Shown one piece after another: positions 9,164 through 19,587 of a stretch of 64,000 nucleotides of DNA. The stretch comes from Desulfatiglandales bacterium (GTDB lineage: Bacteria; Desulfobacterota; DSM-4660; Desulfatiglandales; Desulfatiglandaceae). Under the pieces are notes generated by a model. That model worked only from the letters and a program-made list of their open reading frames with translations. It made no database searches and had not been told where the DNA came from. The first letter of the stretch is position 1. Each line of letters opens with the position of its first letter. Location of the stretch: contig OY762721.1 in the NCBI GenBank assembly GCA_963666345.1, forward strand, positions 3,648,001 through 3,712,000. The letters are read 5' to 3'. Both the position numbers and the translations under genes were made by a program.

Positions 9164-11224
9164 ATGAAAACAAATACGGTCTGCCGGTTATGTTCATCCT
9201 GCTGTCCTGTGGAGGTGGAGATAGAGACCGAAAGGCTTATCGCCGGTGCCAGGCGCTCCCCCCTGCAGACTGCTGAACGTACCTTCTGCCCCAAGCTCAA
9301 GGCGGCACCAGATATAGTATATTCACCGGAAAGGCTCAAAAAGCCGCTGGTCAGGAAAAAGGGAAAAAGGGGAAATCCCTTTGTAGAATCCTCCTGGGAA
9401 GACGCCCTCGGTCTGGTGGCGGAAAAATTCTTGTCATTCAGGCAGAGATATGGAGCGGAATCGGTCTGCTGGCTGAGGGGCATGGCCTCCGACTGGGGGG
9501 CGCCCTGGGACTATGCAAACAGGCTTATGAGCGTTTTCGGATCACCCAACACCATAGGAAACGGCTCCGTATGTCATGTGGGAAGGGAAATGGCGCATAC
9601 CTACACATACGGGGCAATGACATTTCCCGATATAAAAAATTCGAGGTGTATTGTCGTCTGGGGGAAAAACGACAGCGATACCAACCCACAGGCCTTTGAG
9701 GCGATCCTTTATGCGAGAGGTAAGGGCGCAAAGCTGATCGTAATCGATCCGGTCAGGACAAAGCTTGCCGCAATGGCCGATATCTGGCTTCAGGTAAAGC
9801 CGGGTCACGACGGCCTGCTTGCAATGGCCGTTATAAACGAGATCATATCCTGCGGACTCTATGACCATGACATGGTCGAAAATTACTCAACCGGTTTTGA
9901 ACGGCTTAAGGAGGCGGCAGCCCGCTACAGGGCCGGGGATATTGCCCGGGCAATCTGGCTTGAACCTGAAAGGATCAAAGATGCGGCACGAATCTATGCG
10001 GAAACAAAGCCCGCCTGCATAATAGAGGGCAACGGGCTCGACATGCAGATAAACGCCTTTCAGCACACCAGGGCGGTATGTATCCTGAGGGCGCTTACCG
10101 GGAATCTGGATCAAAAAGGGGGGGACCTTATCCCCCAGCCCATACCGGTAAGAAATCTGCAGCTTAGGGAGCGTTTGCCTGAAGGGGTAAAACCTGTCAC
10201 CCATGAGTATCCGCTCTTTAATGAATTTCATGAGACCTGGGGGAAAAACGCCCAGTCCTGCATCATTGACGCTATCCTGGCTGAAAGGCCTTATCCTCTC
10301 AAGATGCTCATGGTTCAGTCGGCAAATCCGGTTGTGACCATGGCGGACTCAAACAGGGTGCTAAAGGCGCTTGAAAAACTGGAATTCCTGGCGGTAGTCG
10401 ATCTTTTCATGACACGCACCGCCCGGATGGCTGATGTCGTGCTTCCCGCGACCAGCTCGTTTGAAAAGACGCAGCTCAACCGGGCCTACATACGAAACAA
10501 CATGGTAATGATTCAAAATCAGGTCATAGACTGGATAGGGGAGAGCCGGCCCGACTGGAAGATCACATTCGAGCTTGCAAGACGGCTCGGCATGGAAAAG
10601 GAATTTCCATGGCAGACCGCGGAAGAGGCCATAGACTATCAGCTTGAGCCTGCAGGTATCACGGTCGAGATGCTGAGGGAAAAACCTGAGGGAATCAGGG
10701 TGGGCGAGACGATCTTTGAAAAATACAAGACGATCGGCGTGGCAACCCCTTCAGGCAGGGTGGAGCTTTATTCGAAGAGGCTTGAAGAACATGGACACTC
10801 CGGTGTGCCTGTCTTTGAGGGGAGGGCTAGAAATCCGATAAGCTTCAGTGACAGAAAAGATGAGTTTCCGCTGATAGGTATGAGCGGGGCACGTCAGAAC
10901 AGGTTTACCCATTCCCAGTTCAGAAACATCCCCTCTCTTTCAAGGAAAGGGGAGGAGTGCCATGTGGAAATCAATGAGAAAGACGCTGAAATTTACGGTA
11001 TCTCAGTCGGAGGCAGGGTAAAGGTTGAGACCCCGCGCGGGCATGTCATAATGAAGGCCAAGATCTCGGAGCTGGTCCATCCCGGATCTATAAGAATCGC
11101 CTGGGGGTGGGGAGATGTAAGCCCCGACTACAATCTCAACAACCTTACCGACGATAACATAAGAGACGAGGTCATCTGCACTCCATCGAGCAGAAACTTC
11201 ATGTGCAGGGTAAGCAGATGTTAG
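9164..11224 (+). CDS. Molybdopterin (Mo/W-bisPGD) oxidoreductase, cytoplasmic catalytic subunit
   Basis: CRLCSSCC..C Fe-S motif, PERLKKPL, SVCH (likely Cys metal ligand), ADVVLPA, TPSGRVEL and a C-terminal dinucleotide-binding domain. No Tat signal. Confidence 0.93.
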   Translation: MKTNTVCRLCSSCCPVEVEIETERLIAGARRSPLQTAERTFCPKLKAAPDIVYSPERLKKPLVRKKGKRGNPFVESSWEDALGLVAEKFLSFRQRYGAESVCWLRGMASDWGAPWDYANRLMSVFGSPNTIGNGSVCHVGREMAHTYTYGAMTFPDIKNSRCIVVWGKNDSDTNPQAFEAILYARGKGAKLIVIDPVRTKLAAMADIWLQVKPGHDGLLAMAVINEIISCGLYDHDMVENYSTGFERLKEAAARYRAGDIARAIWLEPERIKDAARIYAETKPACIIEGNGLDMQINAFQHTRAVCILRALTGNLDQKGGDLIPQPIPVRNLQLRERLPEGVKPVTHEYPLFNEFHETWGKNAQSCIIDAILAERPYPLKMLMVQSANPVVTMADSNRVLKALEKLEFLAVVDLFMTRTARMADVVLPATSSFEKTQLNRAYIRNNMVMIQNQVIDWIGESRPDWKITFELARRLGMEKEFPWQTAEEAIDYQLEPAGITVEMLREKPEGIRVGETIFEKYKTIGVATPSGRVELYSKRLEEHGHSGVPVFEGRARNPISFSDRKDEFPLIGMSGARQNRFTHSQFRNIPSLSRKGEECHVEINEKDAEIYGISVGGRVKVETPRGHVIMKAKISELVHPGSIRIAWGWGDVSPDYNLNNLTDDNIRDEVICTPSSRNFMCRVSRC

Positions 11225-11288
11225 TCAGATGAATTTTAAAATACCTGTTAAGATATTAATTATCTCAGAAACATCCCCTTTTATCCAC

Positions 11289-11322
11289 AAGCCTTGCCAT
11301 TTATTTGGTGGGGCTTTTTTTT
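11289..11322 (+). terminator. Probable intrinsic terminator after the Mo-enzyme gene
   Basis: AAGCCTTGCCA-TTTATT-TGGTGGGGCTT stem (with GU pairs) followed by a T run. Confidence 0.55.
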
Positions 11323-11639
11323 GATGTGAGTAAGTAACCACAGTAATTTCTTGAAATCAATAAATATGTTCATTGGGAATTGTCTCTAACTAGGAATCAT
11401 TTCACCATTATCCCTTGCGCCCATAAATTTATGAATTTGCCCTTATAAGAGTGAAAAAGATAGATATAAAAATTTACCATCTCTCCTTCCTATTTTTATC
11501 ATCAGTCTTGGGCAATGGGCGCCAAATATCATATGCCTAAATACATGAATAGAACAGTGATACTAGTAACATTAACATAACACTTCATAAATAGAGTAAT
11601 AACATATTTTATAATAATATAAGTCGGCTAAAAAAATAC

Positions 11640-11679
11640 TTGACAGGGCTTATGTCTTACTTTATTGTTACCGGTAACA
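11640..11679 (+). promoter_or_regulatory. Sigma70 promoter overlapped by a LacI-type operator
   Basis: TTGACA (11640-45)-N17-TATTGT (11663-68). A perfect palindrome TGTTACCGGTAACA (11666-79) with the central CG typical of LacI operators lies upstream of the LacI gene. Confidence 0.8.
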
Positions 11680-11737
11680 TTTCTCTGGCTCTCATTTTTG
11701 AGCCGAAACTTAGCAAATACTTTCAAAAAAGTATCCC

Positions 11738-12760
11738 ATGTCGAAAAAATTAACAATAAGAGATATTGCAAAACTCGCAAAAGTTTCTCATATGACCGTT
11801 TCTAGGGTTTTAAATAATGACCCAAAGGTTAAAGAGGAAACCAAAAATAGGGTTGTAGAAGTTATCCACAAATATAAATACCGTCCCGACCCTACCGCTC
11901 GAATGTTTGCAAACAGAAAGTCCTTTCTTCTCGGCATAATAGTAGCCGACATACGAAACCCATTCTACGCAGAACTTGCCAGAGGAATTGAGGACAGGAC
12001 ATTTGAAAACGGGTATAGCACAATATTTTGCAGCACCGATAATAAGCCTGAAAGGACAGCACGCTACGTTGAACACATGCTGGATGCTGGAGTAGAAGGA
12101 ATTGTTTTTGCTTCTGTGCGGTTAAATGAACCTGTTGTCGAAGAACTCATTAGAGATAAATTTCCTCTTGTTGTCGTAAATCGTAAACTCAGTGGAGAGT
12201 CATATAATTACGTAGTAGTTGACAATTTTAAGGGCGCTTATGAGATGACAAACTATTTGGTGGAATGCGGTTATAAGCGAATAGCAATAATATCCGGTCC
12301 TCCGATACTTTCGACAGGTTTGGATCGTTTGAAAGGATATGAAAAAGCGTTGGAAGATAACTCTGTTAAAATTTCCGATGATTACCTTTTGCAGGGATCT
12401 TTTACAAAAGAAACAGGTTATGAAGGAACGAAAAAATTATTAGAGTGTGCTGAAAGGCCTGACGTTATTTTTGCGGGAAATGACTTTATTGCCATGGGGG
12501 TTATCGATGCACTTGAGGAGGCTTGTTTGCGTATCCCGGAGGATATTGCAGTTGTAGGTTTTGACGACACTGAATTTGCTTCAAACAGAAGAATTAACCT
12601 GACAACGGTAAGCCAAAATCAATATGAAATGGGAAAATTAGGGGCAGACATCTTGGTGAATTGCATCGAGACAAAAGGTGCAGAATATTTTCATCGAATC
12701 ACTATGGAGCCAAAGTTAATTATCAGGGGTTCATCCACAATAAAACAACAAAATAACTAA
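11738..12760 (+). CDS. LacI family transcriptional regulator
   Basis: TIRDIAKLAKVSHMTVSRVLN HTH, sugar-binding fold, IPEDIAVVGFDD. Confidence 0.96.
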   Translation: MSKKLTIRDIAKLAKVSHMTVSRVLNNDPKVKEETKNRVVEVIHKYKYRPDPTARMFANRKSFLLGIIVADIRNPFYAELARGIEDRTFENGYSTIFCSTDNKPERTARYVEHMLDAGVEGIVFASVRLNEPVVEELIRDKFPLVVVNRKLSGESYNYVVVDNFKGAYEMTNYLVECGYKRIAIISGPPILSTGLDRLKGYEKALEDNSVKISDDYLLQGSFTKETGYEGTKKLLECAERPDVIFAGNDFIAMGVIDALEEACLRIPEDIAVVGFDDTEFASNRRINLTTVSQNQYEMGKLGADILVNCIETKGAEYFHRITMEPKLIIRGSSTIKQQNN

Positions 12761-12829
12761 ATATATCAAAAACATATAATTGCGCACCAATTTTACTTTA
12801 ATAAATAATTGATAACGAGGAGTAGATGA

Positions 12830-14101
12830 ATGGCCAAATATTTAAAAAATGCTGTTGTGAGAAAAGAAGAAGATACCAAATATGTTCAGGATGCAGTGAG
12901 AGAAATATTAGGTAAAGTTCGTAATGAAGGTGAATCAGCTGTTAGGTATTACTCTGAAAAATTTGATAATTGGAGCCCTAAGAGGTTCAAGATATCTGAA
13001 GAGGAAAAAAATGAAGCCAAAAAATCCCTTCCAACAAGTGAAATTGAAGATATCGACTTTTGCCAAAAGCAAGTCAAATATTTTGCGGAAGAGCAAATGA
13101 AGCGATTGGTGGATTTTGAGGTTGAATCAATTCCCGGAGTCCATCTTGGGCAAAAGATAATTCCAATAGCAGCAAGCGGGTCATATATCCCGGGTGGTCG
13201 TTATCCCATGTTGGGGTCTGCCCATATGACTATTATCACGCCAAAAGTTGCTGGTGTAAAGAGAATCGTTGCTTGTTCCCCACCTGTGAAGGGTCAAGGT
13301 ATGTGGCCAGCGACACTCTATTCAATGGTTGCAGCTGGAGCGGAAGAAATATACTGCATGGGAGGGGTTCACGCTCTTGCATCTATGGCTTATGGCATGG
13401 AAGGGCTCGAACCTGTCGATATGATAGTGGGAGCCGGAAACAAGTTTGTTGCTGAGGCCAAAAGGCAAATTTTTGGTGATGCCGGAATTGATCTGCTTGC
13501 CGGACCAACCGAAATCTTAATTATCGCAGATGATACCGCTGACCCTGTAATTGTCGCTGGAGATCTTCTAGGACAGGCAGAGCATGATCCTAATTCCAGA
13601 CAGGCCCTTATAGCTCTTTCCGAAAATATTGCTGAGGCAACCATCAAGGAGGTTGATTCTCAGTTGAAAGATTTGCCTACGCGAGATGTAGCCGGGATTG
13701 CTTGGAGAGACAACGGAGAGGTCATCGTAGTTGACAGCGCTGATGAAGCAATAGAAATATCAGATAAATGGGCGCCTGAACATCTGGAGGTTCAGACAGA
13801 GGATTGGAAGTATTATTTAGATAACCTGACTAATTATGGGTCACTATTTTTGGGGGAAGAAACAACCGTTGCCTATGGGGATAAAACGATCGGTACTAAT
13901 CATGTGCTGCCTACTATGCGATCGGCGCGCTATACCGGGGGGTTGTATGTTGGTAAGTTTGTTAAGACAGTTACATATCAGTATGCAAACAGGGAAGGTT
14001 CTGCAAAGATTGCAGATGTATGTGAAAGGGCCTGTAATTATGAAAATATGCTTGCTCATGGGATCACATGTAAAATGAGAAAGGAGAAGTATCTGGGATA
14101 A
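12830..14101 (+). CDS. Histidinol dehydrogenase homolog (HpsN/sulfopropanediol dehydrogenase-like catabolic clade)
   Basis: YIPGGRYP, GAGNKFVAEAKRQ, IDLLAGPTE, QAEHD, APEHLE and YGDKTIGTNHVLPT. Catabolic rather than his-operon context. Confidence 0.8.
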   Translation: MAKYLKNAVVRKEEDTKYVQDAVREILGKVRNEGESAVRYYSEKFDNWSPKRFKISEEEKNEAKKSLPTSEIEDIDFCQKQVKYFAEEQMKRLVDFEVESIPGVHLGQKIIPIAASGSYIPGGRYPMLGSAHMTIITPKVAGVKRIVACSPPVKGQGMWPATLYSMVAAGAEEIYCMGGVHALASMAYGMEGLEPVDMIVGAGNKFVAEAKRQIFGDAGIDLLAGPTEILIIADDTADPVIVAGDLLGQAEHDPNSRQALIALSENIAEATIKEVDSQLKDLPTRDVAGIAWRDNGEVIVVDSADEAIEISDKWAPEHLEVQTEDWKYYLDNLTNYGSLFLGEETTVAYGDKTIGTNHVLPTMRSARYTGGLYVGKFVKTVTYQYANREGSAKIADVCERACNYENMLAHGITCKMRKEKYLG

Positions 14102-14147
14102 AGCTGCTTTTAACAATAAATGCAAATTAGACAAGGAGGAATATTTC

Positions 14148-15131
14148 ATGAAACACATGGTTAATATCTTAGTGTTGGTGCTTGGAATTTCATTCGCCAT
14201 CGGTTCCTTTGGTACAGCAATGGCAGGATCGTCCTACCCGGAAAAACCGATAAAAGCAATTATTCCATTTGGTGCTGGAGGGTTTGTCGATTCGACAGCC
14301 AGAATCCTTCAGAAATCTCTCGAAAAAATTCTTCCTCAACCCGTGGTCATATTAAATGTTCCTGGTGGTGGTGCTGTTATCGGGAGTAGGCAAGGGAAGG
14401 ATGCTGATCCAAACGGCTATACATATTTGATGCAGATTGCTGCCATGATGACGGCGCAAACACTTGGTGTAGCAGATTTTGGTCCGGAAGACTTCGAGCC
14501 AGTAGCACAAACTGGAAGGGCTCCTTGTATGATATGTGTTAGATCAGATTCTCGCTTTAAAAATCTTGAGGATTTTGTTCAAGAAGTAAAAAAGAATCCA
14601 AATACTGTAAGAGAAGCAATCAACATTGGAGCAATAGTGCACTTTATCTCGCTATCTTTCTGTGACGCAGCAGGAGGACTGAAGATGAGATATGTTCAAA
14701 CTGGAGGTGGTGCGAAGAGGCTTGCTGCTATCCTAGGAGGCCACGCTGATGTTGCCATACTTGGTACAGCAGAAGCCAAAGCAACCTATGATTCTGGAGA
14801 CATTCGCATTCTTGGATATTTAGGATCAGAGCGCAATCGTTTTTATCCGAAGGTTGCAACGGCTGGAGAACAAGGATACCCAGGTAGCTTTCTAGCTATG
14901 AATCTTTGGTGGTTTGCTCCTAAGGGTACTCCAAAAGCGAAAATTGAAGTAATGGCTGATGCCCTTGAAAAGGCAATGAAAGATCCTGAAGTATTGAAAT
15001 CGCTTGAGGCTAGGACTACCGACGCAATATTTTATCGTGGTGAAGATGTCATAAAAAGCATTAAAGCTGACAAAGATGCAATAGACAGACTTGCTAAAAA
15101 ATACAATATCACCAAGCCAAAGAAAAAATAG
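14148..15131 (+). CDS. tctC: Tripartite tricarboxylate transporter substrate-binding protein
   Basis: Signal peptide, then YPEKPIKAIIPFGAGG..D..AR, NVPGGG..IG and GGHAD. Confidence 0.92.
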   Translation: MKHMVNILVLVLGISFAIGSFGTAMAGSSYPEKPIKAIIPFGAGGFVDSTARILQKSLEKILPQPVVILNVPGGGAVIGSRQGKDADPNGYTYLMQIAAMMTAQTLGVADFGPEDFEPVAQTGRAPCMICVRSDSRFKNLEDFVQEVKKNPNTVREAINIGAIVHFISLSFCDAAGGLKMRYVQTGGGAKRLAAILGGHADVAILGTAEAKATYDSGDIRILGYLGSERNRFYPKVATAGEQGYPGSFLAMNLWWFAPKGTPKAKIEVMADALEKAMKDPEVLKSLEARTTDAIFYRGEDVIKSIKADKDAIDRLAKKYNITKPKKK

Positions 15132-15148
15132 TTGTCTAATTCACAGAG

Positions 15149-15178
15149 CGCTTCTTGCTTTTGTTAAAGCAAGGAGCG
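15149..15178 (+). other. Intergenic stem-loop after tctC (mRNA stabiliser or partial terminator)
   Basis: CGCTTCTTGCTTT-TGTT-AAAGCAAGGAGCG. Confidence 0.6.
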
Positions 15179-15214
15179 TGACCTTAACCTATAAAATATT
15201 TAATCGGTGCCTCT

Positions 15215-15718
15215 ATGCTTAAAGAATATTCAAATATTATAAAGGATATAATTCTTTCTCTTTCTATCCTTTTTGTATGTGCCTTAGCATATATTGGCTG
15301 TATGAGCCTAAGTGAATCACCTTATGAGCCCCTCGGAGCAGGCTTTATTCCAAAAACAATCAGTATTGTTCTTGCATTACTTTCACTTATATTATTGGGG
15401 AAATCAGTCCGCAATGTATTTAAAAATCACCAAGGTAATGTCGAAGGCGTTAGTCAATCAGAGCCTTTGCCGGCGGTTTTTAAAAGGCGACCAGGACTTG
15501 CTGTTTTAGGCGTTATATTAACGATATTATATATCAATGTTCTTTACTTTAGAATAATGGGATTCAGAATATCAACCGTTCTATTTGGTGTTTTTCTAGG
15601 GACGCTGTTGTCAAGGTTCAATTATAAGAATAGTTTGATCTCTATTATAATAGCGGTGGTTATGGGGCTTGGCTTGCATTATATATTCACAAACGTATTC
15701 ATAATCGATCTTCCTTAG
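15215..15718 (+). CDS. tctB: Tripartite tricarboxylate transporter small membrane subunit
   Basis: 167 aa with about 4-5 TM segments, GAGFIP, C-terminal F..VF.IDLP; located between tctC and tctA. Confidence 0.88.
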   Translation: MLKEYSNIIKDIILSLSILFVCALAYIGCMSLSESPYEPLGAGFIPKTISIVLALLSLILLGKSVRNVFKNHQGNVEGVSQSEPLPAVFKRRPGLAVLGVILTILYINVLYFRIMGFRISTVLFGVFLGTLLSRFNYKNSLISIIIAVVMGLGLHYIFTNVFIIDLP

Positions 15719-15787
15719 GTACTTTCAAAATACAAACAAAAGCACTGGAAATATCTTAAGCAGTTAATATGAGGGGGTTGTCTATAA

Positions 15788-17263
15788 ATGCTTTTATCAT
15801 CGTTACTCAGTCTATTTGCTCCTGTTCCATTTTTTTACCTGGTTATTGGTGTCGTCTTAGGTTGCACGGTAGGCGCTATTCCTGGTCTTACAGGATCAAT
15901 GCTGATAGTTCTTACTTTGCCGATGACTTTTTACATGGACAGCACGCTTGCAATGATTCTACTGGTTGCGATGTATGTTGGAGCCATTAGTGGAGGACTA
16001 ATCACTGCAACATTACTTCGCATGCCTGGAACGCCTTCTTCAATAATGACCACTTTTGACGGTTATCCAATGGCCAAAAATGGAATGGCAGGAAGGGCTA
16101 TAGGGATAGGAATAACCGCATCTTTTGTGGGCGGATTAGTGTCATGGATATTCCTTGCTGTGCTCGCTCCTGTACTGGGTAGACTTGCTGTAAGATTTGG
16201 ACCTTTTGAATATTTTTCCATGGTTTTAATGGCGCTGGTGCTTATAGCATCTGTGAGTGAAGGGTCGTTATTAAAAGGTTTCATTGCTGGTCTTTTAGGC
16301 TTGCTTGTTGCTACGCCAGGAATAGATCCTGTAACTGCTATGCAAAGACTTGATTTCGGATTTCATGAGATGGCTGGAGGTTTTGACATTTTACCTGTGC
16401 TAATTGGGCTATTTGGTGTTAGCCAGATTATTTCGGATATGGTTAATATCGAACAAAGGCCTGAAAAAGTCCCATTTAGATTTAAAAGCATGTTTATGTC
16501 TTTCAAAGAATTGAAGAGTCAGGCAGTCAATATGATAAGATCTTCAGTTATTGGAACATGGATCGGCATTCTTCCCGGGATAGGTGCAAATATAGGCTCA
16601 ATAATCGCGTATGGGGCTGCTAAAAACACATCGAAGTCGCCGGAAAAATTTGGGACTGGTTCTGAAGAAGGCATCGTAGCATCTGAATCTGCCAATAATG
16701 CTACCGTTGGAGGCGCATTAATTCCGCTTATTACTCTCGGGATTCCAGGAAGTATTATTGATGCAGTTCTTCTTGGTGCCATGTTTATTCATAACGTTCA
16801 GCCAGGACCACTTTTATTCAAAACTCATCCCGAAATGGCATATGGTGTAATATCAGCCTGTCTAGTGGCTAATATAATAATGTTTATTGTAATGATTTTT
16901 GCCACTGTATTGATAGCCAAGATAATTGATGTGCCTAAAGAGTTCATTATTCCGGTTGTTATTGCTTTTTGTGTGGTAGGAGCTTTTGCTTTACATAACA
17001 GAATGTTTGATGTTTGGGTCATGTTCGGCTTTGGACTTGTGGGCTATTTATTGGAAAGGGCATCAGTTCCGCTTGCTCCTTTTATTATTGGTTTAATACT
17101 ATGTCCGCTTGCAGAATTACCGTTACGTCAGGGTTTGATGGCGTCTGCCGGTGATTATTCTCCTTTCATAACTAGACCGGTGTCTCTATTTTTCCTGATA
17201 GTAGCAGTGGGAACTTTTATCTTTAGTTTACGAAGAGAGCTTAAAGGGCAAAAAAACAACTAA
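15788..17263 (+). CDS. tctA: Tripartite tricarboxylate transporter large membrane subunit
   Basis: GAIPGL, PGTPSS..TTFDGYPMA, ESANNA..GALIPLITLGIPG. Confidence 0.95.
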   Translation: MLLSSLLSLFAPVPFFYLVIGVVLGCTVGAIPGLTGSMLIVLTLPMTFYMDSTLAMILLVAMYVGAISGGLITATLLRMPGTPSSIMTTFDGYPMAKNGMAGRAIGIGITASFVGGLVSWIFLAVLAPVLGRLAVRFGPFEYFSMVLMALVLIASVSEGSLLKGFIAGLLGLLVATPGIDPVTAMQRLDFGFHEMAGGFDILPVLIGLFGVSQIISDMVNIEQRPEKVPFRFKSMFMSFKELKSQAVNMIRSSVIGTWIGILPGIGANIGSIIAYGAAKNTSKSPEKFGTGSEEGIVASESANNATVGGALIPLITLGIPGSIIDAVLLGAMFIHNVQPGPLLFKTHPEMAYGVISACLVANIIMFIVMIFATVLIAKIIDVPKEFIIPVVIAFCVVGAFALHNRMFDVWVMFGFGLVGYLLERASVPLAPFIIGLILCPLAELPLRQGLMASAGDYSPFITRPVSLFFLIVAVGTFIFSLRRELKGQKNN

Positions 17264-17313
17264 TTTAATAACTTTATAATGTTATATTTAATACTTTTGT
17301 TAAGGAGTAAAAG

Positions 17314-18702
17314 ATGAAAAATGTAATTTTAATTGTGCTTGACAGTTTAAGGAAAGATCATGTCGGTAGCTATGGCAACGAATGGATAAAGACTCCGAAC
17401 CTCGACAAATTTTATTCTGAGAGCTTCAGCTTTTCACAAGCATACCCAGAGACTCTTGCGACGTTACCCGTAAGAAGAGGTATTATGACCGGTCGGAGGG
17501 TTTACCCATTCAAAGATTGGAAAGGCTCTGCTTTAGGGGATTTTATATCAGCGCCTGGATGGCAACCATTAGCTGATGATGATGTTACATTGTCAGAAGT
17601 ATTTTTTGAAGCTGGGTATCAAACTTCCTTCATTACAGATGTATATCATCTTTTTAAACCCTCAATGAATTTTCATAGAGGTTTTTGTGAATGGAGATTC
17701 ATCCGAGGACAGGAACTTGATCTCCTGGATTGCTCCCGTCCTGAGGTAAATTTGGATCATTATATAACTCCCAGGATGAAGGGCCTGGTATCTGAAAATC
17801 AAACAGCCCAATATCTCACAAATGTTAGACACAGAAAGGGAGAAGAAGATCATTTTGCGCCAACGGTGTTCCAGGAGGCCATAAATTGGATAGATAGGAA
17901 TAAAGATAACGGTCCTTTTTATCTACATTTAGATAGCTTTGATCCTCATGAACCTTGGGACCCACCAGCAAAGTATTGGGGTTTGTACCATGATCCAGAT
18001 TATAAAGGTCATCAGGTCATCTGCCCTGACTATGGCGATCCTCTCACATTTATGACTGAGGAGGAATTAACTCATACAAAAGCCCTTTATGCTGGAGAGG
18101 TTACCATGGTTGATACCTGGTTCGGCAAGTTCATGGAAAAGATGTCTGAATTGGGCTTAGATGAAAATACTCTTGTAGTTGTATTGTCTGACCATGGCCA
18201 TCCTCTAGGAGAGCACAATCTAATACGAAAAACTCCTGCTGCAATGTATCCCGAATTGTTGGATATCCCGCTCATGATTCGTCATCCTTCAGGCTTAAAA
18301 GCAGGTGAACAGACTGATGGTTATGTCTATAACCATGATTTGTTCACAACTATGCTTAATTTTGCAGATATACCGGTTAACTGGTCTGTGGATGGAATTG
18401 ATTTGATGAATATGACGAATAAGAGAGATTACGCTACCTGTGCATTTAAGGGAACTGTCTGGGCAAAGACGAATGATTATGCGTATTTTTCACTTATGGA
18501 TGGCGAAAATGCGAAACTATTTGATCTAAAAGAGGATCCGGGTCAATACGACAATATCGCTGATAAAAAGCCGAACGTGGTAAAAGAAATGTTTGGCCTC
18601 ACTCTGGCTGATGCCGACGGGGCTCTTCCCGATTTTTCCAGTCTTAAGGGGCAGCTTACGGCGCCTAGATTTAGCACGGCTTTGAGCATAAATAGAAAGT
18701 AA
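17314..18702 (+). CDS. Sulfatase-like hydrolase (alkaline phosphatase superfamily) with Thr at the nucleophile position
   Basis: NVILIVLDSLRKDH, TPNLD, TLPVRRGIMTG, FDPHEPWDPP, SDHG. Confidence 0.85.
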   Translation: MKNVILIVLDSLRKDHVGSYGNEWIKTPNLDKFYSESFSFSQAYPETLATLPVRRGIMTGRRVYPFKDWKGSALGDFISAPGWQPLADDDVTLSEVFFEAGYQTSFITDVYHLFKPSMNFHRGFCEWRFIRGQELDLLDCSRPEVNLDHYITPRMKGLVSENQTAQYLTNVRHRKGEEDHFAPTVFQEAINWIDRNKDNGPFYLHLDSFDPHEPWDPPAKYWGLYHDPDYKGHQVICPDYGDPLTFMTEEELTHTKALYAGEVTMVDTWFGKFMEKMSELGLDENTLVVVLSDHGHPLGEHNLIRKTPAAMYPELLDIPLMIRHPSGLKAGEQTDGYVYNHDLFTTMLNFADIPVNWSVDGIDLMNMTNKRDYATCAFKGTVWAKTNDYAYFSLMDGENAKLFDLKEDPGQYDNIADKKPNVVKEMFGLTLADADGALPDFSSLKGQLTAPRFSTALSINRK

Positions 18703-18767
18703 GCGAAAATTTGATATGTGCTCACTGATATTGTTTGTTAAGTGTGGTAAGAGAGCAGAGGTTCAAT

Positions 18768-19523
18768 ATGTTTGATTTAGACGGAAAAGTTGCATTGGTA
18801 ACCGGAGCCAATCGAGGGATAGGGCGGAAGATTGCCCTTACTCTTGCCGAGGCGGGCGCCAATATAGCTCTTGTGGCCAGAGATAAAGACAAACTCAATT
18901 TAGTCGCGGATGAAATACGGGCTTTAGGGAAAAGTGCTGAGGTGTTTTCAGCCGATTTGAATCTGATAGGGAGTTTAGCATCTTTGGCGCAAGATGTAGA
19001 TAGAATGATGGGCGGTATAGATATCCTTGTCAATAACGCCGGGATCAACATACCTCAGGAATCCATAGATGTTACTGAAGATGCATGGGATGCCATAATG
19101 GATCTTAACCTTAAATCTGCATTTTTTCTAGCTCAGGCAGTTGGAAAGCTGATGATTTTGCGCGAAGGTGGGGGAAGAATAATCAATATCAGTTCGCAGA
19201 CAGGATCTGTTGCACTCGCAAAAAGAGCTGTATATTGTGCCAGCAAGGCAGGAATGAATCTTATCACAAAGGTCCTGGCAGTTGATTGGGCACAATATGG
19301 GATTCTTGTCAATGCGGTGGCCCCCACCTTTATAGAAACTGATTTTACCAAGGATGCTTTGGCTGATCCAGACTTTCGGGAATATGCATTGTCAAAAAAT
19401 GTTTTAAAACGTTTGGGAAAACCCGAGGATGTAGCTGGCGCAGTTCTCTATCTTTCAACGGATGCTGCAAAATTGGTAACGGGGCATGTGCTTATGGTAG
19501 ATGGTGGCTGGACTGCACATTAA
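18768..19523 (+). CDS. Short-chain dehydrogenase/reductase (gluconate 5-dehydrogenase/KduD-like)
   Basis: TGANRGIG, NNAG, YCASK, VDGGW. Confidence 0.92.
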   Translation: MFDLDGKVALVTGANRGIGRKIALTLAEAGANIALVARDKDKLNLVADEIRALGKSAEVFSADLNLIGSLASLAQDVDRMMGGIDILVNNAGINIPQESIDVTEDAWDAIMDLNLKSAFFLAQAVGKLMILREGGGRIINISSQTGSVALAKRAVYCASKAGMNLITKVLAVDWAQYGILVNAVAPTFIETDFTKDALADPDFREYALSKNVLKRLGKPEDVAGAVLYLSTDAAKLVTGHVLMVDGGWTAH

Positions 19524-19587
19524 ACTTTGATTAAAGCATAGTTACTTCAAAAAAAATCGAGAGAACAAAAAATCTAAGGGATTTGGT

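Noticed and set aside
12830..14101. Biosynthetic hisD
   Set aside because: No his genes nearby, catabolic context, and GDK.IGTNH motif rather than the usual GDY..GPNH.
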